DNA of 26,042 nucleotides from a virus (Duplodnaviria; Heunggongvirae; Uroviricota; Caudoviricetes): IMG/VR virus record IMGVR_UViG_2724678986_000024, positions 1 to 26,042 of that record; one strand, 5' to 3'. Shown piece by piece: positions 18,639 to 26,042 of this stretch (position 1 is its first letter; each line of letters starts with the position of its first letter). The notes under the pieces were generated by a model. It saw only the letters and a program-made list of their open reading frames with translations, ran no database searches and was not told where the DNA came from. The position numbers and the translations under genes were made by a program.

Positions 18639-18760
18639 GAAACCAGAACATGCACACACAAAAAAACCGCTTGCCATGCCGCAATCGGTCAGGTTACATT
18701 TCCGCTGCACCTCATAAAACGGGTGCCGGGATTCTCAACCCGATACAGAGCAAAGCGCAT

Positions 18761-18781
18761 AACCGCGCCAGCGGTTTTTTT
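18761..18781 (+). terminator. Rho-independent terminator inside the non-coding early-region gap
   Basis: AACCGC-GCCA-GCGGTT hairpin followed by a T7 run. Confidence 0.6.
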
Positions 18782-18960
18782 GTGCGTACTGTATTGCCAC
18801 GTCTTTTTCGCGTCAGAATTATGGCGGGGCGTACGGGGCCGACTTCGGTCGGGCCGGATTCTTTGCTCTCCGGTGTTGAGAACCCTGTACGTCTCGCCAC
18901 CCCGAGATTCTCAACTCTGGATGGTGAGCTATTTCTATCACCGAGCAAAGAGGCCACACC

Positions 18961-19191
18961 ATGGCAAACCGCAAACAACAGCGCGCATACGCTGCGCGTC
19001 GTCACATCCAGACTGAAATCAACCGTAGACTTTTCCGCGCATCACGCGTCGCGCAAATCATGCACATCAATATGCTGCATGAGCGCAGCCACGCGCTATC
19101 GAACATCTATTCCGCCTCTGTTTTCAGCTATCTGGCGGATGATCTGCGCGAGCTGCAACAACTCTTCCAGCAGCAAAACAAACTCCATTAA
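18961..19191 (+). CDS. Hypothetical phage protein (76 aa)
   Basis: Intact ORF after the non-coding gap; basic N-terminus. Confidence 0.4.
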   Translation: MANRKQQRAYAARRHIQTEINRRLFRASRVAQIMHINMLHERSHALSNIYSASVFSYLADDLRELQQLFQQQNKLH

Positions 19192-19263
19192 TTCCTGTTC
19201 CGGGCCTTTCCTGCACCTTGCGGCGGGAGGCCTTCGCACATCTGTAGTAAAGAGAATTGCAGC

Positions 19264-19653
19264 ATGATTGACGCTCATGACTTCACAAGATGGGTGCGCA
19301 CACAGGACACCCGTCTGGCTCCCGTTCTTCAGGGATTATTTGATCTCTACATCCGTGGTCGTGACAACAGAGCACGCACCACAAAACCGGAGAATGCAGA
19401 CACCCTTTATTTCACAGTAGACGACTGCTACCGCGTGGACTTCACACCACACGGGCTGGCGTTGCACTGCCTGACACCACACGGAGAATCACTGCTGGCG
19501 TATTACGACTCCCCGGCCTCCGTATTTGCGGCAATGCTGGCGCATCGCACTGCTGGCGGGTGTGCCTCGCTGAGTGAATACACCGCTGAATTTAACCGCC
19601 TTTCTGCCCTCTTCTCGCAGGAGTGGCAGCGCGTGACGGGATACCAGCCATGA
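19264..19653 (+). CDS. Hypothetical phage protein (129 aa) coupled to gpA
   Basis: Intact ORF; ATGA overlap with the gpA start at 19650. Confidence 0.5.
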   Translation: MIDAHDFTRWVRTQDTRLAPVLQGLFDLYIRGRDNRARTTKPENADTLYFTVDDCYRVDFTPHGLALHCLTPHGESLLAYYDSPASVFAAMLAHRTAGGCASLSEYTAEFNRLSALFSQEWQRVTGYQP

Positions 19654-22490
19654 ATGAGTTTGCATGGAGCTGGAATGAACCACGGCCAGCCATTGATCCG
19701 GCCAGATTTACGGAGCACAGGCAGGAAACTGAAACCGACCTGCAACGCGCCATCCGTTACTACCTTGAGGCAGACAAAAAGGCTCTGGAAGAACAGGAAG
19801 CGAAGGAGGAAGCCTTTTTCGCACAATCCACCGTGGGTAAAAAACTCATGGCATCCCTTGAGGAAGCCGGACAGCGTGAAAAGCTGGCACAAAGCATCAT
19901 CAGCAAGCGTCAGGCAACAGAACAAGACCCGGTGGCCCGTGCTTTTGCCACACTGAAGGTGCTTCCCGTTTATCTGCGTGAACCTCTGAGCCGCCACCTC
20001 TCTTTCCTGCGCAAAAAACAGGAAGCCGATCGCCAGAAAGGCAAAAAGAGCTGGCAGGCTGAACGCTACGCGCGCGGAACCCTGCGCAAAATATTCGAAC
20101 GCCTGGACCGCACCGACCACCGCTGGCTGACACCGGGTTATCGCTCCCTTGCCGGACGCGAACGCCTGGATGATTTGCTTTACCTGCCGCAGCTCAACAA
20201 GCACCAGATACAGACGCTGGCCACCATGACGGCGGCGATGTTCAGCAGCACCTTCGAAAAACTCTGCGATGGCTTTGGCGCGACCGATGGTGAGCTGACC
20301 ATGGAGGTGGCACTGAAGGCGTATCAGATGCTGGCCCGCATGGCGTTACACCTGCACGCCATGCCTCCACATTATGACGCACTGACAACAGACAAAGACC
20401 GCAAGAACGAACCGGACACGGAACTGCTGCCGGGCGCAATCCTCCGCCTGACCTGTGCGGAATGGTGGAAACGCAAACTGTGGCTGTTACGTTGCGAGTG
20501 GCGGGAAGAACAACTCCGCGCCGCCTGTCTGGTTTCCAGAAAAACATCGCCCTATCTGAGCCAGGACGCGTTAAGCGAGTTTCGCGCACAGCGCGAGAAA
20601 ACACGCGATTTCCTGAAAAGTTTCATGCTGGAAAACGAAGACGGGTTCACGATTGATCTCGAGACGGTGTATTACGCGGGAGTAAGTAACCCGGTCCACC
20701 GTAAAGCAGAAATGATGGCCACCATGAAGGGGCTGGAACTTCTGGCCGAAGCCCGTGGCGACAGAGCGGTGTTTCTGACTGTCACCTGCCCGTCAAAATA
20801 CCACGCCACAACAGAGAACGGTCATCCGAATCCCAAATGGAACGGGGCCACCATGCGCGACTCCAGCGATTACCTGGTTAACACGTTTTTTGCGGCGGTC
20901 CGCAAAAAACTGAACCGCGATGGCCTGCGCTGGTATGGCATCCGCACGGTGGAGCCTCACCATGACGGCACCGTGCACTGGCATATGATGGTCTTTGCAC
21001 ATCCGGACGAGATTGAAACCATCGTGTCCCATGTCTGCGATATTGCCATTCAGGAAGACCGCCACGAGCTGGGCGATGACATAACTCCGCGTTTTAAGGC
21101 TGAGTACGTAGACGGCTCAAAAGGCACGCCAACCAGCTACATCGCCACCTACATCGGAAAGAACCTGGACAGCCGCGCCGTGGATGGCATCGACCCGAAA
21201 ACGGGCAAGACACGCGTTGACCACGAAACCGGAAAATCAATGGCAGAGAGCGTGGAACGCGCCATCGGCTGGGCGCGCCTTCACCGGGTCCGCCAGTTCC
21301 AGTTCTTTGGCATTCCCTCTCGTCAGGTATGGCGTGAACTCCGCCGCCTTGCCAGCCAGATGGCACGCAACCCGGAAGGCCCACAACGGCTGAAGGATGA
21401 TGCAATGGATGCGGTACTCGCTGCCGCTGATGCCGGGTGTTTTGCCACCTACATTGAGAAACAGGGCGGCGTACTTGTTCCACGCAAAGACTACCTGATT
21501 CGCACCGCCTACGACCTCGCAGATGAGCTGAACGATTACGGCGAACAGAGCGTACAGATTTACGGGATCTGGTCACCACTCATCGGGGAGTCTTCCCGTG
21601 TGTGCACACATCCGGATAACTGGAAGCTGGTAAGACGTAAACCGGAAGCGGAAGACAGCGCCCGCGAAAATGGTTTTGACCTTCAGGGCGGCCCTGCCGC
21701 CCCTTGGACTCGTGGCAATAACTGTCCCCGTGTACAGGAAACAGACAACAACGGGACAGAACAGCCGGAAGAACGGCCAGCACCGTGGCCGCAGCTTCCT
21801 GACGGCGTTGACGTGAACGAATGGGTGCGCTCACTGAAACGGCACGAACGCCGGGCGCTGATGCGTTCGCTGCGTGACAAACAGGCAAAAAACAGCAGTG
21901 ATGAAATGCAGAACTGGACACAGAGCCGCAAACAGCCACAGCCTTTGCCTGATAACCACGAATTACTCGCTAAAGAATGGCGGGAGTCTGCTGAATCTCT
22001 CGGCCTGCATATCGGTGAACAGCAGATGCAGCACCTGTTACGGGGCGGCAGTCTGTACGTTGACGGCAGCATCATTGCACCGCAGGGATTTGAAATTGTA
22101 CGCAAACCGGATACCCGCCCGGACAGCCGAATCACGCAGCTCTGGCAACGCCTGAGCCGTAACCACGGCGTAAGCAGCACGGAGATCCGCCATAACCCAG
22201 TCGCCAGCTATCTGGAACAACTAGGGGCATCAGACCCTGAAGCCGCCGCACGCCTGGCATCCACACTTCAGCAGGACCAGAACACCATGAAAACACCCGT
22301 TACCGTACTTTCTGACATGCTGCGCGCCATCCGCGACGCAGAGCACGAACAGAGAATCAGTGAAACAACTGAACGCGCCCGCCGCAAAGCAGACCTGCTG
22401 CGGGGTGACCTGACCAGTGGAAACAAAAAACAGACAGAAACGGGATTCACAAATCCCGTAAATGAGCAAAAAACGCGCCGCGAAATATGA
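19650..22490 (+). CDS. P2 gpA-like rolling-circle replication initiation endonuclease
   Basis: Blocks shared with recalled P2 A: TVTCPSKYH, VEPHHDGTVHWHMMVF (HUH motif), TSYIATYIGKN (active-site Tyr). The longer ORF from 19623 is an upstream extension. Confidence 0.88.
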   Translation: MNEFAWSWNEPRPAIDPARFTEHRQETETDLQRAIRYYLEADKKALEEQEAKEEAFFAQSTVGKKLMASLEEAGQREKLAQSIISKRQATEQDPVARAFATLKVLPVYLREPLSRHLSFLRKKQEADRQKGKKSWQAERYARGTLRKIFERLDRTDHRWLTPGYRSLAGRERLDDLLYLPQLNKHQIQTLATMTAAMFSSTFEKLCDGFGATDGELTMEVALKAYQMLARMALHLHAMPPHYDALTTDKDRKNEPDTELLPGAILRLTCAEWWKRKLWLLRCEWREEQLRAACLVSRKTSPYLSQDALSEFRAQREKTRDFLKSFMLENEDGFTIDLETVYYAGVSNPVHRKAEMMATMKGLELLAEARGDRAVFLTVTCPSKYHATTENGHPNPKWNGATMRDSSDYLVNTFFAAVRKKLNRDGLRWYGIRTVEPHHDGTVHWHMMVFAHPDEIETIVSHVCDIAIQEDRHELGDDITPRFKAEYVDGSKGTPTSYIATYIGKNLDSRAVDGIDPKTGKTRVDHETGKSMAESVERAIGWARLHRVRQFQFFGIPSRQVWRELRRLASQMARNPEGPQRLKDDAMDAVLAAADAGCFATYIEKQGGVLVPRKDYLIRTAYDLADELNDYGEQSVQIYGIWSPLIGESSRVCTHPDNWKLVRRKPEAEDSARENGFDLQGGPAAPWTRGNNCPRVQETDNNGTEQPEERPAPWPQLPDGVDVNEWVRSLKRHERRALMRSLRDKQAKNSSDEMQNWTQSRKQPQPLPDNHELLAKEWRESAESLGLHIGEQQMQHLLRGGSLYVDGSIIAPQGFEIVRKPDTRPDSRITQLWQRLSRNHGVSSTEIRHNPVASYLEQLGASDPEAAARLASTLQQDQNTMKTPVTVLSDMLRAIRDAEHEQRISETTERARRKADLLRGDLTSGNKKQTETGFTNPVNEQKTRREI

Positions 22491-22531
22491 AGTGCGCACA
22501 AAACAGGCAAAAGCGGGATTTCAGAATCCCG
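22441..22531. promoter_or_regulatory. Pair of 18-bp palindromes straddling the gpA stop, upstream of the parM-like gene
   Basis: CGGGATT-CACA-AATCCCG at 22441-22458 and CGGGATT-TCAG-AATCCCG at 22514-22531, each followed by TAAA; centres 73 bp apart. Confidence 0.5.
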
Positions 22532-22566
22532 TAAACGGTTAATTAATCAACATAAGGAAAATCGAC

Positions 22567-23526
22567 ATGAAAATTTGTATCGACGACGGCTCCACCAACA
22601 TCAAGCTGGCATGGACTGAGAACGGCGAACGCCGCAACGCCATCAGCCCGAACAGCTTCAAGTCGGAATGGTCTGCGCCGTTCGGTGGCACGCAGCCCGC
22701 GAACTACATGCTTGATAGCGTGCGCTATGGTTTTGATCCGGTCAGCGATCGCTTTGTCCAGACGACTGACACGCAATATCAGTACAGTGATGTGAATGTC
22801 ATTGCCATTCATCACGCGCTGGTCAAATCAGGCATCACGCCACAGGAGGTGGATGTGGTTGTCACCCTGCCACTGAGCGAATATTTCGACACAAACGCAC
22901 AGCCGGACATGGCCAACATCAACCGCAAAAAAGCGAACGTTATGCGCCCGGTGGAATACCAGAACGGCGAAGCATTCACTATCCGTAATGTACGGGTTAT
23001 GCCTGAATCCATTCCGGCTGGCTTTAAGGCACTGGCTGACATGAGTCCGTTTGAATCCCTGCTGATTGTGGATTTAGGCGGAACCACGCTGGATGTGGCA
23101 AAGGTTCAGGGACAACTGGCAGGTATCAGCCAGGTGTTTTGCGATCCACACGTAGGCGTTTCCCTGATGGCCGATGCCGTACTGTCGGTGATGGCCACTA
23201 ACGGTATGCGTACCAGTCACCACATCGCCAATACCATTATTGAGCACCGTCACGATGAAGCCTGGCTGCGCCAGCACATTCACAATGACGCGCATTACAA
23301 CAGCCTGATGGCGGTTATTCGTGAAAAGGAGGAGACACTGAAACAACGAGTGATCCGCGCGCTGGCGGGTTTTTCCGGTTACGGGCGGGTGATGGTTGTC
23401 GGTGGAGGGGCGGAGATTGTGGCACCCGCTATCCGCGAAGCCTGCGGAGTTAATGCGACTTTCATCGCGGACGGGGTGCCACAATTTGCTCTGGTTAATG
23501 GGCTGTACGCAATGAACAAGGAGTAA
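22567..23526 (+). CDS. parM: ParM/StbA-like actin-fold ATPase
   Basis: Shared blocks with recalled R1 ParM: IDDGSTNIKL, ISPNSFK, QYSDVNV, RKKAN, VMPESIPAG, DLGGTTLD, GGGAE; similar length. Confidence 0.8.
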   Translation: MKICIDDGSTNIKLAWTENGERRNAISPNSFKSEWSAPFGGTQPANYMLDSVRYGFDPVSDRFVQTTDTQYQYSDVNVIAIHHALVKSGITPQEVDVVVTLPLSEYFDTNAQPDMANINRKKANVMRPVEYQNGEAFTIRNVRVMPESIPAGFKALADMSPFESLLIVDLGGTTLDVAKVQGQLAGISQVFCDPHVGVSLMADAVLSVMATNGMRTSHHIANTIIEHRHDEAWLRQHIHNDAHYNSLMAVIREKEETLKQRVIRALAGFSGYGRVMVVGGGAEIVAPAIREACGVNATFIADGVPQFALVNGLYAMNKE

Positions 23527-23530
23527 ACCA

Positions 23531-23842
23531 ATGACGACACCAACCAGAAGAATAAGTTTCTATCTGAAGCCAGCTGCCGTCAAGAACGAAGGAGAAGCAT
23601 GCGCCTGGCTGGACAGCCTTACACCAGAAGCCCGCAAAAGCGGCCAACGCGTGGCTTTTCTGGCCGGGCTGGCACTTCTGAAGACGAATCCGGCAGAGGC
23701 TTACCGACTGGCCGCATGGGCTGATGATGAGATGTTACCTGTGACACAAATCAGCTCAAAAAAGTTTGAAGCACAGTCTGCACCAGTGGCTAAGATAACC
23801 AGCCAGATGGCTGGGAATATCCGGGCGTTATTTCCTGAGTAA
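23531..23842 (+). CDS. parR: ParR/StbB-like small DNA-binding protein
   Basis: Starts 5 nt after the parM-like stop; N-terminus (RRISFYLKPAAV...LDSLTPEARKSGQRVAFLAGLAL) parallels recalled R1 ParR. Confidence 0.6.
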   Translation: MTTPTRRISFYLKPAAVKNEGEACAWLDSLTPEARKSGQRVAFLAGLALLKTNPAEAYRLAAWADDEMLPVTQISSKKFEAQSAPVAKITSQMAGNIRALFPE

Positions 23843-23970
23843 AAGCATCTGCACGAAAAATGCTCACGTTTATAGAAACAGTATCATTCCATTTGGCACA
23901 CTTACTTCAATAATCGATCTGTTAAACAAATAGATTGTCTATTATCTATCGATTAAAACGATCAATTATC

Positions 23971-23998
23971 TTGACAGTAATGTGCCTTTTTGTAAGAT
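23971..23998 (+). promoter_or_regulatory. Sigma70-like promoter for the 89-aa gene
   Basis: TTGACA (23971-23976), 16-nt spacer, TAAGAT (23993-23998) with TG just upstream; AT-rich palindromes lie immediately upstream. Confidence 0.55.
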
Positions 23999-24206
23999 CG
24001 TTCGCATTGTGAGCGACAAGATAATTGCGCGGCATTGTCCATGCAAAACGCCCCAATAGCAGCAACTATTGGGGCGTAAAACTCGGTCGGACTCACTTAA
24101 CCTGATATGCGTGCCTTCCGAAGTAAATCAAAATGTGCGTCGTATATTTTATTGCTTACACGCACCTCTGTAAAGGCACGCATATTTTTCCTATGAGGTA
24201 AATAAA

Positions 24207-24476
24207 GTGCGGGCTAAAACAGGTATTTGCAAGAACCCTCATCGTTATAACCCAACATTTCTGTCTCTCCCTGAATATCAAGGACAAGAAGGTCGGCACA
24301 AATGCGCTGCCTGTGCTTTTGAGCTAGGCATAAAAGATGCGCTTGAAGGACGCGCTATGGCTCAGAATGATTTAGTTTTAGCTAACATTCCGTTTAGCCA
24401 GGCTGGAACTGTAAGGCACAGAGATGCCTATGAAGCATATGTTCGTGGTTGGCGATTAATACACAGCAACAATTGA
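24207..24476 (+). CDS. Hypothetical 89-aa Cys/His-containing protein (possible zinc-binding)
   Basis: GTG start with GAGG RBS; residues C8, H12, H31, C33, C36; own promoter and terminator; no family recognised. Confidence 0.5.
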   Translation: MRAKTGICKNPHRYNPTFLSLPEYQGQEGRHKCAACAFELGIKDALEGRAMAQNDLVLANIPFSQAGTVRHRDAYEAYVRGWRLIHSNN

Positions 24477-24486
24477 TACTTTTGAA

Positions 24487-24509
24487 GCGCCGATAAGGCG
24501 CTTTTTTTT
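24487..24509 (+). terminator. Rho-independent terminator after the 89-aa gene
   Basis: GCGCC-GATAA-GGCGC hairpin followed by a T8 run. Confidence 0.8.
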
Positions 24510-24789
24510 GTTTGCACGATAGTGCACAAGTTTGCACAATTTTTTTGAACGACTTTTTGTACTTCCGGCCCGCATGGCGGCTGGATCCGTCAAGGATCCG
24601 TGCGTGCACAAAAAAATGCGTTTTTTCTGCGCGCAGGTGACGGGGGAACAGCCCGCGTTTCAGGGGGTAAATAGCATTCCCTGAACGATGTCGCAGAGAT
24701 ACAACAGAATGGCTGTCTTTCTCACGCTGAGCGTGAAAAAGACGTGAGGGCTTTTGATTTGATGGGGTGGCAGATAAGGCCGTCAAAAT

Positions 24790-24815
24790 CGCACTGAGGC
24801 GGCGAGAACATGCAG
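24790..24815. other. Candidate cos (cohesive end) site
   Basis: GAGGCGGCGAGAACATGCAGTCAGCGCG resembles the recalled P2 left end (GGCGAGGCGGGGAAAGCACTGCGCGCTGACGG); position just past the 3' end of Q is where cos should lie in a prophage. Confidence 0.3.
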
Positions 24816-24963
24816 TCAGCGCGATGGGATTGCGTAAGAGCCTGACCGCCGATGATGGCAATAAGCTGGAAGGCGTCGTGAAATTATCTGATTGATACAG
24901 GAGCTGGAGAGTCGGGGCATAAATTTTTTATGCCCCGGCGAAGCAGCAGACAAGCGAAGCGCG

Positions 24964-26010
24964 TCAGGATGTGGGCGGGGTGTCTAACAGTGCGTAAGGG
25001 TTAAAGCGGATCACCTCTTCGCCAAGCCAGTCATTGATGTGCTTCATGGCCTCCATAACGGGCATCAGCTCGTTAATTGCATAAACCCGCGCGGCCTTCT
25101 CCACATCACCAAACGCACTTTTTTCGCCCGGCATCGCCCCCATCAGTTGCGGCGGAACACGGTGCGCAGCCAGCACATCATCACGGGACGCCGCCTTAAC
25201 ATTCATGAACTCATCTTTTGCGGTGATCTGCTGGAACGGCAAAATTTGCACCCCCTCTTTGCCCCCGTTGGGCGCATGAATGAGCACGTTTTTAAACGCA
25301 CCACCACCACGTGCCCCCTGTAGCGTTTCTTTCAGGGAGTCCATGCTTTCACGGTTTACCTGCGCTGCACCGATGTAGATGATGCATCCGGCGTGGGATC
25401 CGTTGTCGTAATACAGTTTTCTGAACATGTCCGCCGAATGAGACAGGCTGGCCGAGAGTAATGCGCCGAGATATTCCGGCATGCCGTAGATTTCCTGGTT
25501 AATATCCGGGTTCATCAGGTGGCACACTTTGCCAGGGCGAAACTGAAACGCGTCCTTGCCATCCTGCACATACCACCATGATTCAAGATCGCTTCCGCGT
25601 CGCATGTATTTCGCCAGGGCGTGCCGTAATTTAAGCGGTTCGCCGAGCATATTGCTCCGAAGCTCAAGGAATGCGTTACCGAACACAAACCAGTCCAGCG
25701 CCAGCGCCGAGAAATCCTGCCGGGAAAGCAGCGGGTGCGGGATGTAGCACCCGAGCAATACATTGCGCTTAAAGTAAAGCGCAGACTGATGCCAGGACGT
25801 TTGCCGGGCGGCTCTTGCCAGACCGTACCAGTCCACCGGGGTTTCATACCACCGCCCGTTATCAGCACAGTACATATTGTCCAGCAGGTCATGCCCGGTC
25901 AGGCGATAAGGACCATCAAATGTGAATGCACTGAGCGATGATTCTTTCCTGAGCGCATCAGCGAGATCAATGCGTGAACTCATGCGCACTTTTTTATTTT
26001 TTCTGCTCAT
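24964..26010 (-). CDS. Portal protein (P2 gpQ-like)
   Basis: 348-aa ORF of the right size and position for Q (leftward, next after cos); recalled as P2 Q-like but not verified by search. Confidence 0.75.
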   Translation of the reverse strand: MSRKNKKVRMSSRIDLADALRKESSLSAFTFDGPYRLTGHDLLDNMYCADNGRWYETPVDWYGLARAARQTSWHQSALYFKRNVLLGCYIPHPLLSRQDFSALALDWFVFGNAFLELRSNMLGEPLKLRHALAKYMRRGSDLESWWYVQDGKDAFQFRPGKVCHLMNPDINQEIYGMPEYLGALLSASLSHSADMFRKLYYDNGSHAGCIIYIGAAQVNRESMDSLKETLQGARGGGAFKNVLIHAPNGGKEGVQILPFQQITAKDEFMNVKAASRDDVLAAHRVPPQLMGAMPGEKSAFGDVEKAARVYAINELMPVMEAMKHINDWLGEEVIRFNPYALLDTPPTS

Positions 26011-26042
26011 CAGAACTCCATAACCGTGAAACGCTCGTTTTC
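26010..26042 (-). CDS. 3' end of the gene upstream of Q (expected terminase subunit P), partial at window edge
   Basis: Minus-strand frame open from the window edge, ending ...ENERFTVMEF at a TGA that overlaps the Q start (TGATG); GGAG RBS for Q lies within it. Confidence 0.3.
   Translation of the reverse strand, partial: ENERFTVMEF

Larger units (their letters stand above)
13894..26042. mobile_element. P2-like prophage, left arm (attL side to portal gene); continues beyond the window
   Basis: Gene order int(-), C(-), cox(+), small early genes, gpA(+), cargo, Q(-) matches the integrated P2 map; AT-rich 13894-14051 is the likely attL arm. Confidence 0.85.

Noticed and set aside
18650-19267. 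205-aa plus ORF and overlapping 97-aa ORFs on both strands
   Set aside because: Low-complexity, mutually overlapping, spanning a terminator and repeat-rich non-coding DNA; only 18961-19191 was kept.
19503-22510. Several minus-strand and alternate-frame ORFs inside gpA
   Set aside because: All lie within the gpA coding frame, which has clear rolling-circle initiator motifs; GC-rich shadow frames.
23850-24206. Retron-like ncRNA in the cargo slot
   Set aside because: Inverted repeats and a structured RNA are present, but no reverse transcriptase gene follows, and the adjacent ORF is only 89 aa.
24394-24861. 155-aa minus-strand ORF
   Set aside because: Antisense to the 89-aa gene and crossing its terminator and the probable cos region; highly basic low-complexity translation.
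1-26042. CRISPR array, rRNA or IS transposase
   Set aside because: No regularly spaced direct-repeat array, no rRNA-like segment and no transposase-like ORF were seen; the only mobile element is the prophage.

Overview
The window falls into three parts. (1) 1-4309: the 3' portion of a tellurite-resistance operon (terB tail, terC, terD, terE, terF) on the + strand. (2) 4310-13893: an accessory block of small unknown genes, a hipBA toxin-antitoxin locus with an upstream operator array, a membrane-protein/HNH-nuclease cassette, a lipoprotein, a decayed hsdM fragment carrying a G10 homopolymer, and a UvrD-like helicase lacking its N-terminal domain. (3) 13894-26042: the left arm of a P2-like prophage, with integrase, C repressor, cox, a coupled early operon of small genes, the gpA replication initiator, an accessory cargo slot, a probable cos region and the portal gene Q. 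The cargo slot between gpA and Q (where P2 carries tin/old) holds a ParM-like actin ATPase, a ParR-like protein and a separately transcribed 89-aa Cys/His protein behind a structured leader. This cargo and the 9188-10426 membrane/HNH cassette are the best candidates for an undescribed system. All calls rest on reading the sequence and recalled family motifs; no database search was run. No tRNA, rRNA, CRISPR array or transposase was seen.
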